This document shows, one piece after another, positions 37,886 through 50,030 of a stretch of DNA of 64,000 bases. Each line of letters begins with the position of its first letter. Position 1 is the stretch's first letter. Origin of the DNA: Octopus vulgaris (lineage: Eukaryota). Under the pieces are notes generated by a model. That model ran no database searches. It was not told the origin of the DNA and saw nothing but the letters and a program-made list of their open reading frames with translations. Made by a program: the position numbers and the translations under genes. The stretch is taken from the NCBI GenBank assembly GCA_951406725.2, contig OX597815.1, forward strand, positions 191,208,001 through 191,272,000. Reading direction: 5' to 3'.

Positions 37886-39282
37886 TATTGCAAAGAATTT
37901 AAGATGTTGTTATGGTTTATGATGGTTTAGCTCCTGGTCAGCTTTGGTTGAGCAGTTCTATGATCAAAGATGTACCAGTTTTACCCAGCTTTTATTCAGA
38001 CATTCGATATCTAGGACTACACTATTGATTATGTCCTTGCTCTTTTATCATGCTATGGTGAGATTTGAGAGAAATAAAGCTGTGATTGCTATAAAGGTGA
38101 ACAGCTGCATACTGGCTCCCTTGTATTCATATTTGATCTCAGTTCAAAGTCGGTTTTAAATGTTAGTGCCTTACAGAGTCAAGTCATTTTCCCATTATAG
38201 AACAGGAAACCAAAATTTTACCACTAATTCCTCATGCCAGCATAAATGCTTCAGTCATTTGTGGCCATGTTGGGGCACTGCTTTGAAGAATTTTAGTCAA
38301 ACAAATCGATCCCGGTACTTATTCTCTTTTTAAGCCAGGTACTTATTCTATCAGTCTCTTTTTAGTGAACTGCTAAGTTGTTGGAATATAGACACACCTA
38401 TACCGGTTATCAAATAGTGTTGGGCAGAACAACCACAGACACAAAGATATACTTACATGCACACACACACACACATACGCATACACACACACACATATAC
38501 AACAGGCTTCTTTTCAGTTTCCATCTACAAATGTCTTCTACTATGGCCTTGGGTCAAGCAAAAGCCTTGTGAGTGGATTTGATAGACAGAAACTGAAAGA
38601 AGCCCATCATATATCTGTGCGTGTATATTATGTATTATATCTGTATTTATTCTACACACACACACCACTTGACAAGTGGTGTTGGTTTGTTTACATCCCT
38701 GTAACTTGGTGGTTCAGCAAAAGAGTCCAATAAAATAAGTACGAGATTTCAGTTTGGTGCTTCTTTCATTTTCCCTACTTGCCAGACCACTGTATTCCAG
38801 ACTGGAAAATATAAAAACAAGAAAGAAACCGATTTTAGACTAGTGTTAACATTTGCAGGCACACATTCACTCATGTACAAATTAATATGCATGTCATCAT
38901 CATTATCATCACCATCGTCATGTTGGCATGGGTTGGACAGTTCACCTTCTGCAAAGTTTCGTTCTATCAAATCTCACTCATAAGGTATTAATTAACCCAT
39001 GGTCCATTATAGAAGACACTTGCTCAAGGTGCTATATAGTGGGACTGAACTTAAAATTACATGAGTGCAAAACTACATCTTTAACCACACAGCCATGTTT
39101 AGAGAGATATATACATACATATACACACATACATGCGTAGATACAGAGATGTATACATACAGATATAGATGGTGACTTCTCCATCTTCACAGAAGATTGC
39201 CATCTCCTTGTGCTTCCTCATTGTCAATGGCATGTCTGACTTTCCATCCATGACTTCTCAAATGATTTTGCAGTCCGATGTA

Positions 39283-39410
39283 CAGGGGGTCCACAAAGTC
39301 TTGGGTACATGGAGTAAATAAAATCATAACATAAACAATTAAATGTAAGAAATAATAATTTCTTAAAGTATGTGTTAATCCCCTTGTATCCAGACTTTAT
39401 GAACACCCTG
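39283..39410. mobile_element. Tc1/mariner-type MITE
   Basis: TA|cagggggtccacaaagtcttgggtaca ... tgtatccagactttatgaacaccctg|TA. Confidence 0.8.
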
Positions 39411-40726
39411 TAGATCTGCATGGTTTAAAGTATAGGTGACTTTCTGTGTAGTTTCAACTGGGAAGGTTTAGACACATCGCCACTCTTCCATTACATTATG
39501 ACTTTCAGTAGCTGTGATAACATAGAGTTCACCTTAAAGAGACATCTGTATGACATTGGGTTGTAGGAATAAACACTTATACAATGCAAGTGCCACTCTC
39601 TGAGTCCCTGTAAACTGTATGTAATAACAGGCTGTGCAGGTCCTACAGCAGAGTGTCCCTATCCTAGAAGGATACTGTGGCAACAGCTTGGGGTCTATCA
39701 ATCCTGGTGGTTTTACTGCATGCCCTGACACCAGCCAAGGGTATTTCTATACCCCCATGCTCAGATGGATCGTCATTACATGTGCTAATTAACCCAAAGC
39801 TGGGACCGTAACAGGGGTTCCTACTCTGGGTCTGTGTAGACCAGAGAACAATAGTGGCTAAGAAGTGGTTCCGCATTCCTTGAAACCCTCGAACTCCCAA
39901 ACCAGAGCCCTACCACCGGATGCAGTTTAAGGTCATACCCAACACATACATGCACAAATGTATGTGCATTCATACATACATATACACACACATACGTATG
40001 TATATATACATACATTCCCACACGCATATTGAGGAAGAGAAAGAGAGAGAGAGACAGAGCGATGCAAGGCCTAATTGTTGTTACCAAATGAGAAAACTCC
40101 TTAAAGTGGCTTTAAAATCACTGCATTTGTGAGAGCCGTGTGTGATAAATACAATATTGATTTCTTATATTGGCAGGAGGCTGTGAGATAAATAACGTAT
40201 TGATTTGATTGATTAATTGATTGGTTCTACATTAAGTGGTGGAATTTTATTAGTGTTCCTTTCAAGCAGGGGAGAATTCTTCTGTTGAAATGACAAACAT
40301 AATATCTATCTATGTATCGCTATATCTGTCTGTTTGTCTGTTTGCTTGTTTATCTTGCATGCTTCTACCATTCTTTGCCTTTCTGATTACAATCCTGTCT
40401 ATTTCTTTCAATATCGGCCCGGTCTGTTTCTCTTTGATTTTTTCCACCTGCATCTGTTTTCCTCCACCTTCCTCTGTATCTCTCTTCTTTTTCTCTTTCT
40501 CACTCTCACACACACTCTTCTTCTATTCCATGTATCCTGACTGCATACCCACCTCCTATTTCGCTCTCTGTTCCCTGCCTCTCTTCCTTCCTCCCTATTT
40601 GTCTCTACCACATTTCTCTTCCTTCTCCTCTCTTCTTTTCCCTGCTCCCCACCAACATTATAACCACTTAAAATGCAAATACTTTCTCTATCTTATCAGC
40701 TGCCTCATTGTTTCCCAAAGTTAACT

Positions 40727-40779
<53 letters not shown>

Positions 40780-40785
40780 GATAAT
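40727..40785. repeat. (AAT)n microsatellite
   Basis: Direct reading. Confidence 0.95.
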
Positions 40786-42348
40786 AAATTGTCCATTACA
40801 TAACCAGATAAATCAATAGAAATGTCATTCACCAAAACCAAGAATTCAATGAGAATAATAGCCTGCTGGCTTCTTAGGAAACACTGTTCTTGTGTTGAAA
40901 TCATTGCAGATTTTAGCATAATCAACTGAAAGGAAATTACTGCTAACTTAAGGTACAATTTATGTTTGGTGGATATAATGACAAAATGGAATTATTTTAA
41001 CATCTTAAATTTCACTTCAGCCTTTAATTCAGTTGTTTTTGTTGCCTCTGCTGTTGTTGTCTAGCTCCAAATCAGTCCTGACTGAGCAGCAGACTTATGT
41101 TCAAGGGCATTTGACTAGCAAGCATCCTATATTGGTTGGGGTATGTGAGGAATATATATGAATATGTTTAGTGTTTCTCTCTTCATTTAAAATGGTAATG
41201 CATAAGTTGAGGGAAATGTAGCTGCTTTTTCTTGCAGGCCTAACAAGTGTATAGGGCGCTAGTTCTCAACTAGAGGTCCATACAAGATTTTGTTGTTAAA
41301 ATTTATGAGCAATTTATAAGTGCAGCAGTGGCTTTATAGGCTGAGGAATGGCTGTATGGCAAGGCGGCAAGCTGGCAGAAACGTTAGCACACCGGACGGA
41401 ATGCTTAGCGGTATTTCATCTGCTGTTACATTCTGAGGTCAACTTTGCCTTTCATCCTTTCGGGTCTAACATAGACTATTCTTAGTGTCCTCCAACCCAT
41501 TTGAATGATCTCTGGACACTGGTGTCATTCATCTAAAAGCCAAGAGCCTTTTGGGTCACATGTCAGTGCTCATACATTGCAGGTGACCAATGCAGTTTAT
41601 ACTTTTCCATCTAACAAAACAGAAATCTTCTATGTTGTTTCTTGACCTGCTAGATATAGAAAAACCATATGGACACCTGAGGGCCTGACAACCTTTCAGT
41701 CAGCAGAACATTCAAAGTGTGACAACCTGAGAGACAGAGGACCAGCACTTGACTAGTACTTATTTCAGCTAAACAGGGGCAATGTGAAATAAAGTACCTT
41801 GCTTAAGGACACCCTGCACCTCCTGGTTCGGGAATTGAACCCACAAGCTTATGATTGCCAGCCCAACACTCCAACCACAGCACCGTACATGCTTGCCATG
41901 GTTAGATGAGTGCTTTTGATCATGGGTCTGCTCAGTCAGAACTGACACCAACATTGACACAATATTTATTGCTTAGGTTTGCATTATTTTATTTCATTCT
42001 ATCAAAGTAGAAAGAATATGAATGCAAAAGCAAAAGTGTAACCCCAAACTTCATACATTGTGGAGCTAATGGAGAGGAGGAGGTGGAAGGTTACAGTTGA
42101 AAGATAGGGAACACATTGTCTATAGACATAATGACATGGAAAGCAACAGCAGCAGCTTCAGCAGTAATGGCTTGTGTGTCATATCTATGTCAGAAATCAA
42201 TATTAATGTAAATATAAGGACAGTGTGATTGCAGTTTGGTAGAGTGTCTGGCGAAATGCATTGGGTTTTGCTTTTCATCCTTCTGGTGTTCAATGAGATT
42301 AACTAACACTGAAGATAATATAATCAACTGTATGCTTTTCATGTGGTT

Positions 42349-42860
42349 CCACATGAAAAGCACTGGTGATGGTGCCACATGAAAAGTGCTGGTGATGGTG
42401 CCACATGAAAAGCACTGGTGATGGTGCCACATGAAAAGCACTGGTGATGGTGCCACATGAAAAGCACTGGTGATGGTGCCACATGAACAACAATGGTGAT
42501 TGTGCCATGTAAAAAGCACTGATGCTGGTGCCACATGAAAAGCACTGGTGATGGTGCCACATGAAAAGCACTGGTGATGGTACCACATGAACAACAATGG
42601 TGATGGGGCCACATGAAAAGCACCAGTGATGGAGCTTCATAAAAAGCACTGGTGCTGATGTCACATGAAAAGCACTGGTGATGGAGCCACATAAAAAGCA
42701 CTGGTGCTGGTGCCACATGAACAACAATGGTGATGGGGCCACATGAAAAGCACCAGTGATGGGGCCACATGAAAAGCACTGGTGATGGGGCCACATGAAA
42801 AGCACTGGTGATGGAGCCACATGAAAAGCACTGGTGCTGGTGCCATGTAAAAAGCACCCA
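42349..42860 (+). repeat. 26-bp minisatellite (~20 units) running into a family D 3' end (to ~43022)
   Basis: Unit ccacatgaaaagcactggtgatggtg; variant ccacatgaacaacaatggtgat recurs. Confidence 0.9.
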
Positions 42861-43219
42861 GTACACTCTATAAAGGGGTTGGCATTAAGAAGGGCATTCA
42901 GCCATAGAAACCATACCGAAACAGATTAGAGAGTCTGGTGTGCCCTCCCCACTGCTTTACCATCTCCTCTCAAATCATCCAGTCCACACCAGCATGGAAA
43001 CAGACATTAAATGATGATGGTGGTATTCTTCATCCAGATGTGAAGCTGTATGCCTATGTTAGAAATGAGGCCATACAACAATGGCAACAATGATTATTAC
43101 TGGTTGATTTCCCTCCTGGGCCAATAAAGTAAAGTACCAGTCGTGTACTGGGGTCAATGCAATTGGCTAAACCCTGTCCTTAAAACTGCTGGTAGTGCTT
43201 AAATCAGAACAGACTTGAT

Positions 43220-43830
43220 AGCCAGATAAAATGCTTAGTGGCATTTCATCTGTCTCTACATCCTGAGTTCAAATTCTGCCAAGGTCAACTTGGTTTTTTA
43301 TTTCTTTTGAAGTTGATAAAAATAAATACCATTTGTGTACTGGGGCCGAAGTAATCAACTAACTGCTTCACCCCAAAATTTCCAGCTTTGTACTTGTAAT
43401 AGAAAGAATTATTGTTATTATCATTATATAACTGTTCAAGGTGGCAAGCTGGCAGAATCGTTAGCATGCTGGAAGAAATGCTTTTCGCCTGTCGCTACAT
43501 TCTGAGTTCAAATTCTGCCAAGCTCGACATTGCCTTTCATCCTTTTGGGCTCAATAAATTAAGTACCAGTGAAACACTGGGGTTGATGTAATCGACTGGT
43601 CCCCTCCCCCAAAATTTCAAGGCTTTGTGCCTTTAGTAGAAAGGATTATTATTATTATATAACTGTTTAAGGCGGTGAGCTGGCAGAATTGTTAACATGC
43701 TGGACACAATGCTTAGTGGTATTTCACCCATTGCTACATTCTGAGTTCAAATTCCACCGAGGTCAACTTTGCCTTTCATCCTTTCAGGTTCAATAAAATA
43801 AGTACCAGTTGAACACTGGGATTGGTGTAT
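43220..43830 (+). mobile_element. Three tandem SINE family B copies separated by (ATT)n tails
   Basis: Family B bodies at about 43220, 43440 and 43670. Confidence 0.8.
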
Positions 43831-43849
43831 GTGGCAAAAATTTGAAATA

Positions 43850-44340
43850 ATTATTATATAGCTTTTCAATATTTGGTAGACTGAAGCAAATTTCTCCTGC
43901 AGCACCTGCTCTACCTCCGTGTTGCTGGGGTGTGTGTGCAGCATTGCATTCCTTTCTGCTGTTGGGAGTGTGTGAACTCTTCCCAGTACTGTTTTGTGTT
44001 AGTTTTTTCTCCTTGAGGTGTGGTGTTGTCTTTTGTTGTGTTACTGCTTGTATTGTGTGTTGAGTATGCAATGCTTTGGTTTTCTAGCTTGCTGGTGGGA
44101 GTTTATTTCATTGGGTAAATGCTGTATAGAGTGTGTTTTGTGTTTATGGGTTGTTTTATATAGGTTGTATTATTGGATTGATAGTGTTTTGTGTAGGATG
44201 TGGGCTGTTCATAGCAGGGCTGTTTTTTGGACTGTGTGTAATGTTGGGGATCCAGGTATAGCTTCTACATTTTTCTTCATATGGTTTTTTATCATACCTG
44301 ATGCTCCAATTATTATTGGTATTGTTTTCACCTTCATGTT
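43850..44340 (-). mobile_element. R4/Dong-clade non-LTR element, C-terminus + 3'-UTR
   Basis: MKVKTIPIIIGASGMIKNHMKKNVEAIPGSPTLHTVQKTALL*TAHILHKTL, typical end of RLE-type ORF (VIGALG...QKTALLGTAHIL). Confidence 0.75.
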
Positions 44341-44356
44341 TATTATTATCATATTT

Positions 44357-44418
<62 letters not shown>

Positions 44419-44463
44419 TATTGTTATTATTATCATCATCATTATTATTATTATTATTATTAC

Positions 44464-44502
<39 letters not shown>

Positions 44503-44531
44503 GATTATTGTTATTATTATTATCATCATCA

Positions 44532-44566
<35 letters not shown>
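44341..44566. repeat. (ATT)n microsatellite with internal higher-order duplication
   Basis: Direct reading; interruption pattern ac.attattgttattattatcatcatcatt occurs twice. Confidence 0.95.
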
Positions 44567-44568
<2 letters not shown>

Positions 44569-44800
44569 GGTGGTGAGCTGTCTGAATTGTTAGCATGTTG
44601 GGCGAAATACTTAGCAAAATTTCGCCCATCGCTATGCTCTGAGTTCAAATTCTAGTGAGGGCGACTTTGCTTTTCATCCTTTCAGGGTCAATAAATTAAG
44701 TACCAGCTATGCACTGAGGTTGATGTAATCAACTAGTCCCCTACCCCAAAACTTCAGGCCTTGTGCCTATAGTAGAAAGGATTATTATTATTATTATTAT
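44567..44800 (+). mobile_element. SINE family B with (ATT)n tail
   Basis: Family B head to gaaaggattattatt. Confidence 0.85.
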
Positions 44801-44802
44801 TT

Positions 44803-46235
44803 ATTGCCTTTGCACAGTTTCTAATGCTGGGGATGTACTACAGTGTCAGCTGTTCACTACTAGTGAACTAAGGTAACACCTCTTATTTTTCGAGCACCTT
44901 CCGGAGTATTCGAACGGCTCCAAGCAGTGCAGTTTTCTGCAAGTGCTCCACCCTTATTACAGCCCCTATTTGTTCCACATACTTCTCAAGATTTTTGCTC
45001 ACTGTTCCCAGGGCTCCGACAATTATTCATACTACTGCTACCTTTTTCATCGACCACAACTGCTTAACTTCCCAAGCTAACCTGTCATATCTCTTGACTT
45101 TTCTTTCTTCCTTATCGCATACCTTGTTGTCAGCTGGGCATGCTATGTCTATGATCCAGCATAGTTTGTTTTCTTTCTCAATTAAGACTATGTCTGACTT
45201 CTTATTCTCTATCTCATGGTAGCACTGAATCATAAAATCCCATAGGATCTTTGCATTTCTATTTTCGACAATGCCTTCAGGTTTGTGGTCATACCAACTT
45301 TTTGCTCTTTCAAGTCCATACTTGTTACAAAGTGTCCAATAGACAAGCCTGGCTTATTGTCATGACGTCTCTTATATTCCTTCTGGGCTAGTGGTGTACA
45401 ATGGCTGGTAATATGCCATATGATTTCAACGTTTTGTCCACAGCTTCTGCACTTATCACTTTGTGCTGTCTTGTTTATTCTGTATTTTATGTAGTTTGTT
45501 CATAGTGCTTGCTCTTGGACGGCACAGATTACAGCCTCCATTCCCGGTTTTAAATCACTTTTAGTCATCTACAGCCATCTTTTTTCTTTGTCTGTCTTAT
45601 CTTCAACGTCCCTATGAAATTGACCATGCATTCTTTTCTTTTCCAACCTATTTTCAGTTTCATTCGTTTTCAATTTCTTGTACAGTGCTTTATCTTTGCA
45701 ATCTTTCATCCTACACAAGCCTGACCCTCTTACTTCTAATAATAGTGGTTCTGTGGCATTTTTTTACATACCATGCTATATTGTTTTCTTCTGCTCTAAT
45801 GCTGTGTTCGTATCCAATAAGTCCTCTTCCCCCTCTTTTTATTGGTACATACAGTCTGTCTGTGTCACTTTTGGGGTGGAGTGACCCATATCTAGTTAGT
45901 AACTTCCTTGTATTTCTGTCTAAGCTGTTTAGTTTGTCTACTGTCAATACGATAACCCCTGCTCCATATCTAAGGAGTGAAACTGCCCAGGTGTTGATAG
46001 CTTCGATCTTATTCTGTCCGTTTAATTTCAACTTAAGGATCAGTCTCAGTCTGCGCAAATACTCCACCGTAAATTTTTCTGTCAGTTCTTTCTCCATCAA
46101 TTTATCCATTTCCAAAATCCCCAATCACTTATAGCCCATCTCTTCTATCTGCTTCGTAACATCCCCGACGGTATCATTAGCCCGTCCATACATTTGATTT
46201 TGCTTCTCTTTGAGACTAACACACCACACTTTCTC
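44803..46235 (-). pseudogene. 5'-truncated R4/Dong-clade LINE (RT end, CCHC knuckle, restriction-like endonuclease), disrupted
   Basis: KCGVL..GYK*LGILE, NKIEAINTWAVSLLRYG, RLYVPIKRGGRGL, CRSCGQNVEIIWHITSHC (CX2CX8HX4C) + RRHD, KSDIVL..IIDIACP..KVKRY, IVGALG..QKTALLG; stops and frameshifts; ends at a (TAA)n run. Confidence 0.9.
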
Positions 46236-46999
46236 AAAAACAAACTATGGAACCTTGGTGCGACTTGTAGCCTTACCAGCTTCACAAGTATGGAAAACGG
46301 CCATGAAATAATGAAAAAATCCACTCAGAAGGATTTGTTCAGCCTGGGGACATAATAGAAAATTACTCAAGGTACCACACTGTGGGGTTGAACTTGAAAC
46401 CAGGTGACTGGGCAATAAACTTCTTACTACTCAGCCACACCTGTACCTATTCTTCAAATTTAAGTCCTTGACCCTTGCAATAAATCAGTATTAATGTATA
46501 TCAGAAATTCTTCATTATACATAATTGATTTCCCTTTCTCTGTTTGCTATTTTTTTAAATGTCATTTTTTATATATCCTTTCCCTTCTTAGGAATTGGTA
46601 CTAATGTTGTGCAGCTTCTTTTGTCTTCTTTTTTAAAGTTGGTTGCTAAGCATTCATCTTCTGAAGTGTTGTTTAGCCAAGCAGACTAAACACTAATGAT
46701 GATAATAATAATAATAATGTAGGTTTTGATAGAATAAAGTGATAATGTTTGAACTTGTCAATTATAGAGCAAGCAAGCACCTTTAATATCTCATTTATTT
46801 AACTCTTAAACATTGCATTGTGTGTGTGTGTGCTTCTGTGTGTGTGTGTGTGTGCATGCGTTAGTGTCTTCTGTGTCTATTTGTCATTATGTTTGTGCAT
46901 ATGTGTGTTCTATGAGTGTAAGTGTGTATTTAAAAATTTTTATTTTATACTCTTGTGTGTGTGTGTGGAGAGAGTTAGACAGACTGACAAACAGACACA

Positions 47000-47000
47000 C

Positions 47001-47037
<37 letters not shown>

Positions 47038-47080
47038 TAGACAGACAGATTGATAAATAGATAGACAGAAAGATGGATAA

Positions 47081-47116
<36 letters not shown>

Positions 47117-47482
47117 GCAGGTAGATAGATAGACAGATAGACAGACAGACAGATTGATAAATAGATAGACAGAAAGATGGATAAATAGATAGATAGATAG
47201 ATAGATAGACATATAGATAGATAGAGAGAGAGATAGATAGACAGACAGACATATAGATAGATAGATAGATAGATAGATAGTGATTCGTTAGCTTCTGCAT
47301 GCATTTTTTTTCTCTCCTTGTTTCTTTCCGTGTTTCTTTTCTGTGTATCTTTCTGTTGAAGAGCGTAGGCTCGAAACGTAAAAGACTTGTTTTATTTATA
47401 TTCCTGAGCGCCATACTATTTCAATTGTTTGTTTGTATTCCACCTGCCTTCGTCTTTTGTTTATTTTCATAAAGCTTCCTGT

Positions 47483-47535
<53 letters not shown>
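47000..47535. repeat. (GATA)n-type array interrupted by a ~200-bp insert (47281-47483)
   Basis: Direct reading. Confidence 0.9.
47348..47385 (+). ncRNA. Minimal type I hammerhead-like motif (Penelope-type), core variant CUGUUGA
   Basis: Stem I tcttt/aaaga; CTGTTGA; a + stem II gagc-gtag-gctc; GAAAC GTA. Confidence 0.55.
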
Positions 47536-47874
47536 GTGGAGCATATTCATGCACATGCACACATATCTATTGGCTGCTTATGTACTTGTAAGTATGCATG
47601 CATATGTAAGTATTTGTGTTAAGGATACGTTTTTAAAATTGTTTGTTTTATGTGTGTATGTATGTATATATATGTATATATATATATATATATTTAGGTT
47701 AACTGAGTTAGAGGTTAAAATAACTGTCTAAGGGATAGAGGTATCTATTACACTACCGGTATATTACCTATGTTTAACCATGGGCATACATATGAAAGCA
47801 TTTTATGCTCATAAATAATAGGTAAAGACAAGGAGAAACATGAGTTTATCAAGAATCAGAATTTAAAGAAAACA

Positions 47875-48025
47875 ATGGAGAAATATTGATGAACTATTGA
47901 CGTACATCCATTATTATTTATTAATTCAATACAAATAGACTATTTGTATTGAATTAATCAAATATTTGTATTGAATTAATAAATAATAATTGATGTACAT
48001 CAATTATTCATCAATATTTCTCCAT
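47875..48025. repeat. AT-rich foldback palindrome, ~63-bp arms
   Basis: atggagaaatattgatgaa...aattcaatacaaata / tatttgtattgaatt...ttcatcaatatttctccat; tatttgtattgaattaat duplicated centrally. Confidence 0.85.
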
Positions 48026-48459
48026 TTCCTATATGTGTGTGTGTGTATATATAATGATAAATCTCAGAGCGAGTTATAAGTTGAAGACGGGAAGGATTGC
48101 TTCCCTTTGCAAATACTGATAGGGCACAGAAAGTGTGTCTATAGCCAGCTGGAGGAGGTGTCCTCCTGGGGCTACAAACTACAGTAGCATCCACCCTTAG
48201 GAGTTAGCCATATTCAAATGGCAAATATACGTCACTATATATATATATATCCAACAGATCATAATGTAATCCTTTTATTATACTTTTGTACACCCTGATG
48301 ATTTTCCACCCAAGGTATTTCAAAATGCAAGATTATCTATTTATATACGTGTTATAGTTTTAATTTTGGTTGAGAAATGAAACAGTTGTAGATGAAGATG
48401 TTCATTAATTAATAAATTAATTTGCATCCATTAGATCTCTCCATTTCCAAACTTAATAT

Positions 48460-48490
<31 letters not shown>

Positions 48491-48904
48491 ATATACACAT
48501 GTACACACACACTTATAAACAGGTAGATAGATACTGGTGTTACAAGGGGATATGATCAGGTCACTTAGAATGTACGTACTACATACATACATACATACAT
48601 ACATACACACATAAATACATGTATGTACACATGTGTGTGTGTGTGTATACACACACATTTTCACATGGAAAATGAGAAAGAAACTGCACTGTTTGGTTAG
48701 CTGTTTGTTGGCAAAGATCTCCTCACAACATGTCAAGAAATCTGGATAGCCATTAACAGTGGACTGCAAGCTAATGATGCCAACAGGAAGCCATTGCTTC
48801 AAATCATCAAACACAAAGGAGATATTAACTGTCACACAATGACAGACACACACATACACACATACACACACTTACGCAAGCACTCATATATAATCAGTTA
48901 ATTT

Positions 48905-49315
48905 TATCTTTTATCTTTTACTTGTTTCAGTCATGAGGCTGTCACCATGCTGGGGCACCACCTTGAGGAATTTTAGTTAAATGAACCAATCTCAGCACTT
49001 ACGTTTTTTTTAAAGCCTTGTACTTACTCTATCAGTCCCTTTTGCCAAACTGCTAGGTTACTGGACGTAAACACATCAGCACTGGTTGTCAAATGTTGGT
49101 GAGGAACAAACACCGACACACACACACACACACACATACATATATATGTATATACATGACTGGCTTCTTTCAGTTTCTGTCAATCAAATCCACTCACAAC
49201 GCTTAGGTTAGCCCAAGACTAGTAGAAGACACTTTACGAAGGTCCCATGCTGTGGGAGCTGAACCCAGGACTATGTGGGTGGGAAGCAAACTTCTTGCCA
49301 TGGAGCCACACCTGT
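48905..49315 (-). mobile_element. SINE family A
   Basis: Reverse complement of family A. Confidence 0.8.
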
Positions 49316-49476
49316 GTCTATAAGTTAATAGGTCAGGAGGAAAACTCAGTGTGAGTAACGGAGTTGTTTTGTTCATATCATAAAGCACCATATTGCTACC
49401 AAGATGGCATATAATTGGTTAGACGGTAACATTTTGAGTGGTTGTCTGTGCCAACCAGTAATATAACACCTCATTA

Positions 49477-49496
49477 GATATATATATATATGTATA

Positions 49497-49533
<37 letters not shown>

Positions 49534-49550
49534 GTATATATGTGTGTGTG

Positions 49551-49605
<55 letters not shown>

Positions 49606-50030
49606 ATGTATGTGTGTGTGTGTATATGTATGTATGTGTGTGTATATATATGTATGTGTGTGTATATATATGTATGTGTGTGTGTATATATATGTATGTG
49701 TGTGTGTATATATATGTGTGTGTGTGTATATATATGTATGTGTGTGTGTATATATATGTATGTGTGTGTATATATATATATATGTGTGTGTGTATATATA
49801 TATATATGTGTGTGTATATATATATGTGTGTGTGTGTGTGTATATGTATGTGTGTGTGTGTATATATATATATACGTGTGTGTGTGTGTGTATATATATG
49901 TATATGTATATGTATATATATATATATATGTATGTATATGTATGTGTGTGTGTGTGTATATATATATATGTGTGTGTGTGTGTGTATATATATATATGTA
50001 TATGTGTGTGTGTATATATATATATATATA
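49477..50030. repeat. ~550-bp compound (TA)/(TG) microsatellite
   Basis: Alternating purine-pyrimidine tract; source of the 160-235 aa HT/YI/VC ORFs. Confidence 0.95.

Noticed and set aside
39800-39945. Possible RTE-related repeat fragment
   Set aside because: Resemblance is from memory only, single diverged copy, no boundaries definable
40845-40925. Possible minus-strand terminal exon (DYAKICNDFNTRTVFPKKPAGYYSH*) after tttcag
   Set aside because: No recognisable homology or partner exons
42349-42860. CRISPR-like array of 26-bp dyad repeats and its repetitive ORFs
   Set aside because: Head-to-tail units with no unique spacers, no cas genes, eukaryotic context
45711-46124. Functional retrotransposon gene
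   Set aside because: 5'-truncated, in-frame stops and frameshifts, endonuclease PD motif reads SD
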